From Candidatus Bathyarchaeia archaeon (GTDB lineage Archaea; Thermoproteota; Bathyarchaeia; Bathyarchaeales; Bathycorpusculaceae), in the NCBI GenBank assembly GCA_050015395.1, contig JBEKBM010000002.1:76719-140718 (forward strand): a DNA stretch of 64,000 bases. The letters are read 5' to 3'. The notes below the pieces were generated by a model. That model worked only from the letters and a program-made list of their open reading frames with translations. It was not told where the DNA came from and did no database searches. Positions 52,790 through 62,163 of the stretch are shown in pieces. The position numbers were made by a program, and so were the translations under genes. Position 1 is the first letter of the stretch; the number at the start of each line of letters is the position of its first letter.

Positions 52790-53584
52790 TTATTGCAGTT
52801 TCTTGCCGCAGGACACGCAGTAAATAGCATCTGCAGTGTTTTCTATTCCACAGTAAGGGCAGTACCTTTTCTGCGTTATACTAGGCGCTGTCGTTTGCGG
52901 GGCGGAGTAGGCAAAGGTTGAGGATGAGGATGGTTTAAGAGAGTAAAACCCGAGTGCGGCAAAGATCCAAGCAATCCACAATAGCAAAACTCCTATTCCC
53001 ACGATCGTTAGTACAGTGCCGATTAAGTATAGCAACCCAGCAGTCCCGAAATTGCCTACTCCTGATTTTTCCGCTAACTTGTTGAAGGCACGCATGTAAA
53101 GCACTGCACTAACTATTCCTAAAACGATAGCCACGCTTAATATGACTAAAAATGTGATTATGAACTGTGATATTAGGGGAGCAGCAGCTAATGAAGTGCT
53201 TACTGAAGGAAACAATCCTATTGATGTTACTGTAAGGACAAGGCTTATTGCGACTAGAACAATCGTTCCTATTATGTTTATGAGGAAACCGTACAATGCG
53301 TTCTTGAAAATGCCAGATTCATTATAATATTGTGCTAGGCGATACATCGCTATAATAAACAGGATAAATCCAATAAAACCTATGATTCCAAGCGCGATAA
53401 GTACGATTATTATAAATCCAAAAGAAAATAGAGAAAAGCCAAGAGTGGTTGGTTGTCCTCCGGTAGGAATGGCGGCAATTATGGACAAAATCAAAAGCAC
53501 GACTGCTATTACCTCAATGACTGGAATGATAATGGCTATTAAGCTGGCTGTTAGGCCTAGTTTTCTGCCTGACTTAAGTGCCAT
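52790..53584 (-). CDS. DUF996-like membrane protein with C-terminal zinc ribbon
   Basis: YYNESGIFKNALYG, F.TAGLLYLIG and YCPYCG...YCVSCG. Confidence 0.8.
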   Translation of the reverse strand: MALKSGRKLGLTASLIAIIIPVIEVIAVVLLILSIIAAIPTGGQPTTLGFSLFSFGFIIIVLIALGIIGFIGFILFIIAMYRLAQYYNESGIFKNALYGFLINIIGTIVLVAISLVLTVTSIGLFPSVSTSLAAAPLISQFIITFLVILSVAIVLGIVSAVLYMRAFNKLAEKSGVGNFGTAGLLYLIGTVLTIVGIGVLLLWIAWIFAALGFYSLKPSSSSTFAYSAPQTTAPSITQKRYCPYCGIENTADAIYCVSCGKKLQ

Positions 53585-53659
53585 AACTACCCCCTCAGCT
53601 TCTATTTTATGGCGGTTTAGGGATAAGCTTTGCGCAGGCTTAGACCCGAGCTTTTCGGC

Positions 53660-54448
53660 TTAAATTTGAGGTGGGGCTGTTTTGTTTTCAGTGGTTTTTC
53701 TGAATTGTTTTGTTGCGTACCAAGCTACCAGTACCGAGAGAACAGATAACGCGAAAAGTACTGCTTCAAAGATTGGGATTCCCCAGCTTTGGGCAAAGGG
53801 AACTAAGAAATCAACAAAGCCCATGGGCAGGGCAATTAGGAATAGCCTTTTTTTGTGGAGGTAAGCAGCCATGAAGCAGAGGTAACCCCAAGCGGAATGA
53901 AATAAAATCGAAGAAATACGTTCAAGGGTACCTGAAGCCACTGATTCCAGTGCTTGTAATGCAGGTGCAAAGAGTCCTGGTGCATTTTTATTTAGTTGGT
54001 CGTAGACTGTTTGGGCAAGCGGTGTGTTTGTTGAGAGAATGCTGTAGTAGGCAACTAAGCTGATTAGCGAAAGAATGCCTAGTAAGGCGGCGTTTTCCCA
54101 GAAAGCTAGTCCTGCGCCGTAAGCTTCAGCGTCTTTTCTTTCAAGCATACTATGTGAAACCACATACCACGCGACAACGTAAGCGAGGCCTACCTCGAAG
54201 AGTACTGTTTGGAGTCCGTAATAGACGCCTAATCCCGCGCTTTGTGAGCCAAAATAGCTAGTTACTATGGTGATTGTTGGAATTTGCACTGCCTCTTTGA
54301 GTGCGATGGCTACGGCATAGGCTACCAGAGAATAAACAAGCACCATCAGGTGAAAGCGGCGCTTAACATACCAATAAACCATGAGCGCTGAGCAGATAAC
54401 GATTACGATGACTGGTTGAAGAATAAACAGGGGGTCGATATTTTGCAT
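53660..54448 (-). CDS. YhfC-like intramembrane metalloprotease family protein
   Basis: LFEVG, GAGLAFWEN and ERISSILFH motifs; multi-TM. Confidence 0.7.
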   Translation of the reverse strand: MQNIDPLFILQPVIVIVICSALMVYWYVKRRFHLMVLVYSLVAYAVAIALKEAVQIPTITIVTSYFGSQSAGLGVYYGLQTVLFEVGLAYVVAWYVVSHSMLERKDAEAYGAGLAFWENAALLGILSLISLVAYYSILSTNTPLAQTVYDQLNKNAPGLFAPALQALESVASGTLERISSILFHSAWGYLCFMAAYLHKKRLFLIALPMGFVDFLVPFAQSWGIPIFEAVLFALSVLSVLVAWYATKQFRKTTENKTAPPQI

Positions 54449-54669
54449 AGCAATCGGTTAACCGTTTTGGGCTAAAAAGCTTTTAAGTATTTAGCAAAAA
54501 CTTTCTGGTCTGACGAGCGAGAGACGGCTTTGGCTTTTGGTATATCTACGACTTTTTTTTGAGTAACTTTTTCTTTTCTTCCTTGAGTGGCAAAAGGTTT
54601 TTGGTGGTTTTGTTTAAAAGTTAAGCTTTGGATTTGGGTCTTCTTTTCAATGGTTTTTCAAAGGGCTTC

Positions 54670-54751
54670 TTTAATGTCCTGTGTGTGTGCGCACACTACC
54701 TACCGGGTAGGTGAAGCATATACGTTTTGTCGATACATTTTGTCGATACAC
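54670..54751 (-). repeat. Dispersed ~80-bp repeat, copy B
   Basis: Inverted homolog of 44468-44545; contains tandem TTTTGTCGATACA x2. Confidence 0.8.
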
Positions 54752-55040
54752 CGGGCATGCGTCTGATGCGTTTAAGGTTTAGTACGTGGTCTTGTCTAGT
54801 TAGTGCTCTTAGCTTTTCGTTCAGCAGGTTTCACGCCCAACTAAAGCTTACTTGCGGAACTCCTCAAAAAAGCTGAACTATCAGCGTCAAAATTTGGTTG
54901 AATCCGCTAGTTGCATTATTCGTTCTACAACTGGTGTAAAAGCCTTGATTGCTTCTTGATGAGGCAGAGATGGATGTTTACTCTTTTGGCATGTTTTATA
55001 AATCTATTCAAGCAAACTATTCGCTGGATAGTAGCAAAAG

Positions 55041-55805
55041 ATGGCTAAGCAGGTAAATAGAGCGCCGGATTATGGTAATTGGGCTTTGAAGCGATTCATC
55101 TACATATTTGGCATATTGGGCATAGTGCTTTTAGCATTAACGTTTCTGGTTTGGGTGTTTGTAATTCCTGCCCTGCTATGCCTTGCAGTAGCCGCTTATT
55201 TTGCTTATGTACGATACCTGTTTTCGCCTAAAGGTGGAAACGTGCAAAACCAAATCCGGGATATGGTAATTTTCCATTTGGACTGGAATGGTGAAGGAAA
55301 AGTCTTGGACATAGGATGTGGAAACGGCGCCTTAACAATCAAGCTTGCCCGCAAGTTTAGCACCGCACAGGTAACTGGAATTGATTATTGGGGAAAGAGA
55401 TGGGAATATTCAAAAAACACTTGTGAAGCAAACGCTAAAATTGAAGGCGTAAGCGACAGGGTGGTTTTCGAGAAAGCTAGCGCCTCAAAACTGCCCTTTG
55501 AGAGCGGATATTTCGATGCTGCAGTAAGCAATCTCGCATTCCACGAAGTCGTCGACGCTAAAGATAAACGCGAAGTGATTCGCGAGGCGTTGCGTGTGGT
55601 TAAGAAGGGTGGAAGTTTCGCTTTCCAAGACCTCTTTCTACGCAAGCAGGTATATGGTGATGTGAACGAATTAGTTGCAACCATAAAAAGTTGGGAAATT
55701 GCCAGAGTAGAATTTGTGGAAACTCGAAATGCTTCTTTTATACCTGCGGCTTTGAAGTTGCCTTTCATAGTGACAGAAATAGGCATTATTAAAGGAGAAA
55801 AATAA
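55041..55805 (+). CDS. Membrane-anchored class I SAM methyltransferase
   Basis: Two N-terminal TM segments; VLDIGCGNG, GIDYW and LPF...FDAAVSN. Confidence 0.9.
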   Translation: MAKQVNRAPDYGNWALKRFIYIFGILGIVLLALTFLVWVFVIPALLCLAVAAYFAYVRYLFSPKGGNVQNQIRDMVIFHLDWNGEGKVLDIGCGNGALTIKLARKFSTAQVTGIDYWGKRWEYSKNTCEANAKIEGVSDRVVFEKASASKLPFESGYFDAAVSNLAFHEVVDAKDKREVIREALRVVKKGGSFAFQDLFLRKQVYGDVNELVATIKSWEIARVEFVETRNASFIPAALKLPFIVTEIGIIKGEK

Positions 55806-55816
55806 CTGGCTGATTG

Positions 55817-56248
55817 CTACTTTTTCCATTCGCCTTGTGCCCATTTCGTGAAAGATGTTGGCGTTATCTTGATTATTGGTATGTCGCCTTCTTTCCAGCC
55901 GCCTTCCTCAGTTTGGTACTCGGGATACTTTTCTTTTAGAAGAGTATGCGCGTAACGGTATTCTTTGCCTTTCCACATGACGGTTGCTTCTCCTTGCACG
56001 CGGATGCCTTTGATGTTCGTCCAGTTGTTTCTGTCATAATCATCAAAGACCAATGATACCTGAGGGTTTGCCTCTAAATGCTCCAACTTGGGAGTTTCAG
56101 GGTCAGACGCTATATAGATATTTACGCCGTCAAAAACGGGCCAAACAGGCCTCACCACAGGCTCACAATCCTCGTTTACTGTAGCGAATCTACACACTGG
56201 CAACTGCTGAATAAACGCAACATCAATTTTGGATAGCTTTCCTACCAT
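55817..56248 (-). CDS. Pyridoxamine 5'-phosphate oxidase-like (split-barrel flavin/F420-binding) protein
   Basis: RFATV, PVW, K...L.ANPQVSLVFDDY and L.EKYP.Y. Confidence 0.85.
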   Translation of the reverse strand: MVGKLSKIDVAFIQQLPVCRFATVNEDCEPVVRPVWPVFDGVNIYIASDPETPKLEHLEANPQVSLVFDDYDRNNWTNIKGIRVQGEATVMWKGKEYRYAHTLLKEKYPEYQTEEGGWKEGDIPIIKITPTSFTKWAQGEWKK

Positions 56249-56273
56249 TCAAAACCTCCAAAAACGTCCATGT

Positions 56274-58178
56274 TTATTGTTGGTGTTGGAGGTATTTCTC
56301 TATTTCTTTTTCGGCGTTGTCTGCTTTTATGAATATTGGCACGTTCTCCATTCCCGTGGCAATGTAGCTTGATAGGAGCCATTCGCCTGGCGCAAACTCC
56401 AGCGTCTTCTCCAGTATGCCCTTGTCAATCATGAACGTTTCACTGACCAGCGCCCGGTCGTATGGTCGTGGTAGAGTGCCTACAAAGTAAGTATGCAGTT
56501 GCTGTAGCGCGTTAGTGTTCAAGTATGCGATGCGTTGTGTAGCTATGCAGACGCCTAAACCGTACTTGCGTCCCTGACGGAGCAGCGTTTCCACATGTGC
56601 GGAGCATTTGCCATCTATGCCGCCTTCCTTGCTGCTGATGAACTCTTGCGCCTCATCAAAGACTAGTAGGATTTGCGGTTTTACCATAAAACGGCGTTTT
56701 CTACGTATAAGCAAGTCCTGTGTCAAAGCTATTGCGAGCTCTTTGATGGTGTATGGGTCGCTGATTGAGATCACTACCAGGTTGGTGGTTGGTTCTTCGA
56801 GTAGTTGCCGTATGCCTTCAACCGTTAATCCCGCCGCGGCTTTGTCAGGGTTCTGCTGACGCTTCTTGAATAAGTCCAGTATTGTGCTTCGGGTTGTTGC
56901 CCAAGCGTATAGCCCTGCTTTGTCGTTAACTTTGAAAGTTTCCATGGCGTTGCGTGCGACCTCGTCAATGTGGCTGATGAAGTCTTCGCTTGCTTCTTGG
57001 TTCTCGCTCAACCCATTCTTCTCAACCCATTCACGGATCGCATCATGAATCGCATCAATGGCATTGATGTAGTGTGGGCGACCAACTGAATCTTTGCGCT
57101 GGTCATCAAGCTCTTCCATCATCTGGCCGTAGGTCGGGATTTTCTGCTTGGGCTTAGTGTAATATGAGAGTTTATCTTGGTCCATGATTGCTTGCAAGCC
57201 AGCTTTCGTTCGCAAATCACTCTCGTACTCCCGTGGCTTAACGATGGAGTTAAAGAATTGCTCTAAAGAATTGATTCTGTGCTCAAGAACCAGTTTAGCT
57301 TTCACAGTTGGGTCTGCAAGCACGTCAAGCAAGAGAAAAGCGTACTCGCAACTGATGTCAAAGATTACCACTTTAGTGCTGTCTTTCTCCGTGTGAAGCA
57401 TTATACGCCTCAGCACGTTGGACATTAAGTTGCTTTTGCCGCCGCCAGTGAAGGCGAAAACTCCGAAGTGGTATCGAATTAATTTTTCGAAGTCAACATA
57501 TATGGGGATTTTCGTTTTGGCTGCTTCGAACATTTTAATTGTGCCAAGCCTTGGGTCAACACGGGCATCTTCAACCGTTTTTGCTGTGTCAATACCCAAT
57601 TGAGCGGCGATTTTCTGGTTGTACATGCGGTTAATCATTTCACTGTTCAAAATAAGAGTGGGACTGCCAACTATGGGGTATGAGAAGCCCTTAACAAACT
57701 CAAACGTGCAATCATCCTTAACGATTAAGTCATAGTTGATGGGTATGGCGTCAATTTGAATCATCATCGTTGACTTGTCATCGGTCTGCCAATCTGCTTC
57801 TGACTGCTCGATTATTTCAAACTGCATCGGGTAATAACCATGGTCACTGAGCCCGCGCAAGCCAAAGTGTTCAGGCCAAACACGGCTAATCTCCATAAGC
57901 GTATACCGCTCGACGCCGCTGATTGCAGGCTTAAAATTCTTAACTGCCAACAGCATGCCCTCTTCCAATAAACCCATCAGGTCTTTTTGGTACTCGATTT
58001 TGACTCGGCACTGGTAGCGTGCGCTTGTACCAGTAACTTTTGAGTCACCGCCGTCGCCGCCAGCGTAACGGGGCATAACAGCGGCTAGACGTGCGTGAAA
58101 TTTGTCTTCAAAATCTGTGAAGCATTCTTTGTTAACGGTTTTCTCTTCTTGCTTGTTCAATACTTGCTCGCCTCTCAC
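56274..58178 (-). CDS. herA: HerA/FtsK-family ATPase
   Basis: Walker A AFTGGGKS, Walker B LVFDEAQEF, RQGRKYG arginine finger, ATQR. Confidence 0.85.
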   Translation of the reverse strand: MRGEQVLNKQEEKTVNKECFTDFEDKFHARLAAVMPRYAGGDGGDSKVTGTSARYQCRVKIEYQKDLMGLLEEGMLLAVKNFKPAISGVERYTLMEISRVWPEHFGLRGLSDHGYYPMQFEIIEQSEADWQTDDKSTMMIQIDAIPINYDLIVKDDCTFEFVKGFSYPIVGSPTLILNSEMINRMYNQKIAAQLGIDTAKTVEDARVDPRLGTIKMFEAAKTKIPIYVDFEKLIRYHFGVFAFTGGGKSNLMSNVLRRIMLHTEKDSTKVVIFDISCEYAFLLLDVLADPTVKAKLVLEHRINSLEQFFNSIVKPREYESDLRTKAGLQAIMDQDKLSYYTKPKQKIPTYGQMMEELDDQRKDSVGRPHYINAIDAIHDAIREWVEKNGLSENQEASEDFISHIDEVARNAMETFKVNDKAGLYAWATTRSTILDLFKKRQQNPDKAAAGLTVEGIRQLLEEPTTNLVVISISDPYTIKELAIALTQDLLIRRKRRFMVKPQILLVFDEAQEFISSKEGGIDGKCSAHVETLLRQGRKYGLGVCIATQRIAYLNTNALQQLHTYFVGTLPRPYDRALVSETFMIDKGILEKTLEFAPGEWLLSSYIATGMENVPIFIKADNAEKEIEKYLQHQQ

Positions 58179-60045
58179 GGAAAGTGCTCATGTAAAATAT
58201 GAACTTTCGCAATTTATGATTATTCAAAATCCAGATAGCTGTGGAATCTGCAACGCATTTGAATTGGCTGTAATTCCACTTCGCAATCTTGTCCGCCGCA
58301 AACAACGCTTTATTGTGGCCAAAAGCCTCTGGGATATTCGACGGCGCCATGGCTACAAGCATGCTCATGACCATGTTCTGCATCTTGTTGGGTACCGACT
58401 TGTCCTTGTAGAGCAAGACTTCCACGGGTTCTCTTGTGCCATCACTCATCTCATTGCACAAAGCCAAACGGCACTCAGGCTTCTGGTCAAACTCTGCGTA
58501 AGCTAAACGGTCAATCAATAACACGTTGCTCCGCAGTAGCGGGTCAGATTTTGCTTGGCTAAGTTGCACATAAGTCTTCAAAAAAGCCTTCTCTAAACCA
58601 ATCTTATTCTTAATAAGACCCGAAACATAGCCCTGTCCCCTGTTCGCATCAGGCTTCATGGTTCTAAAAGCGGAATCATACTCTATCAGGCTCCAGGGCG
58701 GCGACACTTTGTCTGGGTTAAAAATGCTTGCTGATTGAAGGATCATGCGGTCAGTGTTTGGAAGCGCTGCCAACGCCTCGTTTTCCACTGAGGCTTTCAG
58801 CAAGCCTTCATTTTGCATTATTGGAACAAGTTGGCGCTTGAAATCCCTAGCTGACGTGTCCTTAGTGATGCCTACGAGAAGGATGCGTTTTCTCCAGCAT
58901 TCTTCCATTAGCATTTGTAAAGTGAAAAGCGTTAAAAAGGCAATATCCAGGGTGGTTAGCCAGTGCTCTTTGCCGTTTTTGATTATTTTCATGCTGCTGG
59001 GTGTTTCTGCTGTGGGGTTTTTTGTTGAAAAGAGTTGGTCGCCAACTTCGATGGTTAAATTTTTTGTGCGTTCCCAATTATCAATGTACTGCTGGTTTAA
59101 AGCGTAGATGTCCTGTATGTCTGTTAGGATGCGTTTTTTAACTAAGCTTGATAAGGCTTTTTCGACTCTTCTTTTACGTTTATCATCCGTTATCCCTAAG
59201 GCTTCGCAGATTTGCATTTGGGTTAAAGTTTTGTTTTCTTTAGATAGGCAAGTTATAGCATGACGCAGGTAATCTGCCCGTGGAGCAGGCAAACCCAAAG
59301 CCTTATTCCAAACGTGATGCCGCGCTATGGCTAAATCGTTCCTATCAAATTGCCTTCCATCGCTAACATAGCCGACAAGTGCGCTTTTCGCATCCCAAAA
59401 ATCCGTTTTCCTAGTTTCGTACAGGAGACTTGCACGTTCCGTGGATAAGCTTCTATCCATTAAAAGTATCCTAATGTTCTGGGCTGGGTCAACGGCAAGC
59501 TTGTAGGCTAAATAGTACTCTGAAAAAGTCATAATTGCGTTAGCTATCAGCGAGTTATTGGCTATTTCCTCATCTGTAGCCGGCTTTGACGGGTCAACCT
59601 CGCCGGGCTGGTCTTGCGCTGCAAACGAGTGGTCAACATCTGTGATTTCGTTTACGTAGATTGGAACAACGCTGGATATGCCTAAGTTCTGCTGAATAGT
59701 TTTAGCGTCATACTCAACTTCAGGCTGCGCTGTTTCCTGGAATTTTATGGTGCCTGTTGCTGCGTAAGCGCCGCCGAAAAAAATAACCATATCAAACAGC
59801 GGTCTCGAATACATGGTGCCGTCAATACCCGCAAAGCGAACCTTGTCAGAACCGAAGAATTCTTTAGCTGTTTCCCAGGCCTCCTTCGGGTTGAAGCCTG
59901 ACTTTATCAGGTTCACAAGCAAACCATCATAAGCGTCTTTCAGGATTGAGAATCGCTGTTCATAATCGGTGACTTGTTTGGTTGCGCCCTGCCTAAGATT
60001 GTCGCATGTATGTTTCATTGTGTCGCTAAGCGAAGGCGCAGTCAC
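58132..60045 (-). CDS. nurA: Large NurA-like nuclease with winged-helix insertion
   Basis: FAGIDGT, LLMDRSL, GITKD and GHNKALFAADK RNase H-fold motifs; probable GTG start at 60045 after a GGAGG RBS; overlaps herA. Confidence 0.7.
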   Translation of the reverse strand: MTAPSLSDTMKHTCDNLRQGATKQVTDYEQRFSILKDAYDGLLVNLIKSGFNPKEAWETAKEFFGSDKVRFAGIDGTMYSRPLFDMVIFFGGAYAATGTIKFQETAQPEVEYDAKTIQQNLGISSVVPIYVNEITDVDHSFAAQDQPGEVDPSKPATDEEIANNSLIANAIMTFSEYYLAYKLAVDPAQNIRILLMDRSLSTERASLLYETRKTDFWDAKSALVGYVSDGRQFDRNDLAIARHHVWNKALGLPAPRADYLRHAITCLSKENKTLTQMQICEALGITDDKRKRRVEKALSSLVKKRILTDIQDIYALNQQYIDNWERTKNLTIEVGDQLFSTKNPTAETPSSMKIIKNGKEHWLTTLDIAFLTLFTLQMLMEECWRKRILLVGITKDTSARDFKRQLVPIMQNEGLLKASVENEALAALPNTDRMILQSASIFNPDKVSPPWSLIEYDSAFRTMKPDANRGQGYVSGLIKNKIGLEKAFLKTYVQLSQAKSDPLLRSNVLLIDRLAYAEFDQKPECRLALCNEMSDGTREPVEVLLYKDKSVPNKMQNMVMSMLVAMAPSNIPEAFGHNKALFAADKIAKWNYSQFKCVADSTAIWILNNHKLRKFIFYMSTFRERRASIEQARRENR

Positions 60046-60398
60046 TTCTCTTCCTCCTTTAATGCAGATTAATTGTTTGGCGCTAATAAAAAGCGTTATT
60101 GACACTTAAACTTCAAAATCACAGTAAAAAAGAGACTTTGTTATAGGCTGATTGATACTGGTTCTGTTGAAAGGCTCCTGAAAAGAAGGGTAGCCTCTTT
60201 TTGTTTAGTATTTTAACAGTTAAAAAGTATACCCCTCCCCCCGGGTTGAGCGAGCCCAGCATCAGAGAGTGTCATCCTGTTAATGCTTTAAATGGTGTGA
60301 TTTGCAGTTTTCAGGATACAGAAAGCAAAAATATCCGAGCGCCACAATCTACAATATAACATAGACTTTGCAGTTCCAAAATTATAATTGTGGCCTGT

Positions 60399-60485
60399 GC
60401 GGGATTGCCCTAGCCTGGTAGGGGGCAGGCCTGCTAAGTCTGTGGTCGAAAGGCCGCGTGGGTTCAAATCCCACATCCCGCGCCA
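60399..60485 (+). tRNA. tRNA-Ser(GCT)
   Basis: GCGGGAT/ATCCCGC acceptor, CTGCTAA loop, long variable arm, G73 and CCA. Confidence 0.93.
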
Positions 60486-60574
60486 CTACTTTAGTAAATT
60501 ATAACCATGTGCAGGATTTTATTCGGTCTATTGCACCGAAGAACAAATAAAAACAACTGTCCTATTATTGGACT

Positions 60575-61603
60575 GTGAGTAAAATGCAAATCCGTAAGCT
60601 CAGCATTAAAAATTTCAAATCCATAAGGGAAGTTAACGTTGAGTGCAGAAAAATTAACCTATTTATCGGACAGCCTAATAGTGGGAAATCAAATTTGCTT
60701 GAAGCAATAGGCTTGGCTTCCTTCATGGGATATGGAAATTATAATAATCTCGCTGATTTTGTGCGCTTTGAAAATATGAGAGATTTATTCTATGACCATT
60801 TGTTGGATCAGCCAGTAACTGTAGAATTTGGGTTTGGAAATCTTCGGATTGAATTTAAAAACGGTATATTCGCGGGGACTTATTTTCAAGCTGATCCTGC
60901 TAGTGCCAGCCGGAAGGAAGTTTTTTCTGGTGATTATACTAAAGTGACGTCATTTACAAAAGAAAACAGGTTGAAAGATTTCAAATTTTACAGATTTCAA
61001 CACTTGAAACAATTCGCAAATCAACAGTCAGAATTTCTTCAGCCACCTTGTGGAGATAACTTGTTGTCAATAATACTGACGAATAAGCATAGTAGGCAGA
61101 TAGTTAAGGATATTTTTGAAAAGTTTGGGTACAGAATTAACCTGAGACCCGAAGAGGGCAAGATTGACATAGCTAAAGAATTAGAGGATGTGCTAGTTTC
61201 TTTTCCTTATTCAATTTCTTCAGACACCCTCCAGAGGCTGGTTTTTTACATCACAGCAATCCAATCTAACCGAGATTCAGTGATTACATTCGAAGAACCT
61301 GAAGCCCATGCTTTTCCCTACTACACAAAATACCTCGCCGAAAGAATAGCTCTCAGCGAGCAAAATAATCAATATTTCATAGCAACACACAACCCGTACC
61401 TCCTTACCTCAATTTTAGAAAAGGCCAACAAGGATGACATAGCCATATTCGTCACTGAATTGAAGGATTACCAAACGAAAGTGGTTCCATTGAGCGATGA
61501 AAAGAAAAAGGAAATACTTGAAATGGGATCAGACGTGTTCTTGAATCTCGAAAAACTGACTTATCAAAATGAAGCCGTATCGGAAGCCGTTCAGCGGGAT
61601 TGA
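60575..61603 (+). CDS. AAA_15/AAA_21-type ABC ATPase
   Basis: IKNFKSI, GQPNSGKSNLLEA Walker A, FEEPEAH Walker B/D-loop, ATHNPY H-loop. Confidence 0.88.
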   Translation: MSKMQIRKLSIKNFKSIREVNVECRKINLFIGQPNSGKSNLLEAIGLASFMGYGNYNNLADFVRFENMRDLFYDHLLDQPVTVEFGFGNLRIEFKNGIFAGTYFQADPASASRKEVFSGDYTKVTSFTKENRLKDFKFYRFQHLKQFANQQSEFLQPPCGDNLLSIILTNKHSRQIVKDIFEKFGYRINLRPEEGKIDIAKELEDVLVSFPYSISSDTLQRLVFYITAIQSNRDSVITFEEPEAHAFPYYTKYLAERIALSEQNNQYFIATHNPYLLTSILEKANKDDIAIFVTELKDYQTKVVPLSDEKKKEILEMGSDVFLNLEKLTYQNEAVSEAVQRD

Positions 61604-62079
61604 AGAGCATGTATAGGGTTGAATGTGATCCAGACGTTGCATTGGTTAGCTCGCTAACTTCAGTGCCACAAAGAAGGATTATGCATCATCAAGGCAAAAA
61701 TGAACTACTGCGAAAATTATTAAAACAAAAAGATTCTGTGGGGCTTATTGACAAAGATCCTTCAAGCATTCAACCTACCCTTTACTTACAACGCTTTCAA
61801 GTGCTTAGCTACTCTGATAGCGACGGAATTGAAATCCTGCACCATAACCAGGGGCATAACCGGCTTATAGTTCTCTACCCTAGACTTGAGGAATGGATAA
61901 TAGAATCGACAAGAAAAGCAAACGTAAGCCTCAGAAACTACAACCTTCCAACGTCTGGAAACGAACTCCATGAAGTGATAAATTTCAAGATTAATCGTTT
62001 TGAAGAGTTGCTTGATGATTTAAAGCAATCCAGCGAACGAGTGAAAATATTGAAGAGGCACTTAACTGAGCCTTTTTAG
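61600..62079 (+). CDS. Small TOPRIM-like (DUF4435-like) partner of the ATPase
   Basis: VECDPD...GK...GLIDKDP...LEEW acidic motifs; 4-bp overlap with the ATPase. Confidence 0.6.
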   Translation: MKSMYRVECDPDVALVSSLTSVPQRRIMHHQGKNELLRKLLKQKDSVGLIDKDPSSIQPTLYLQRFQVLSYSDSDGIEILHHNQGHNRLIVLYPRLEEWIIESTRKANVSLRNYNLPTSGNELHEVINFKINRFEELLDDLKQSSERVKILKRHLTEPF

Positions 62080-62091
62080 CGCCATTTCTTT

Positions 62092-62142
62092 TGCTAAGTC
62101 TGTGGTCGAAAGGCGCGTGGGTTCAAATCCCACATCCCGCGC
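62092..62142 (+). repeat. Duplicated 3' half of tRNA-Ser (att site)
   Basis: Matches 60432-60483 with a single 1-bp deletion. Confidence 0.93.
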
Positions 62143-62163
62143 TTTGATGATTTTCTTGGATAG

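Larger units (their letters stand above)
60486..62142. mobile_element. Integrase-less islet inserted in tRNA-Ser
   Basis: Two cargo genes followed by a duplicate of the tRNA 3' half. Confidence 0.75.

Noticed and set aside
60399-60485. Leu-like GCGGG acceptor start suggesting a recoded tRNA
   Set aside because: The GCT anticodon, G73 discriminator and long variable arm are all consistent with ordinary tRNA-Ser.
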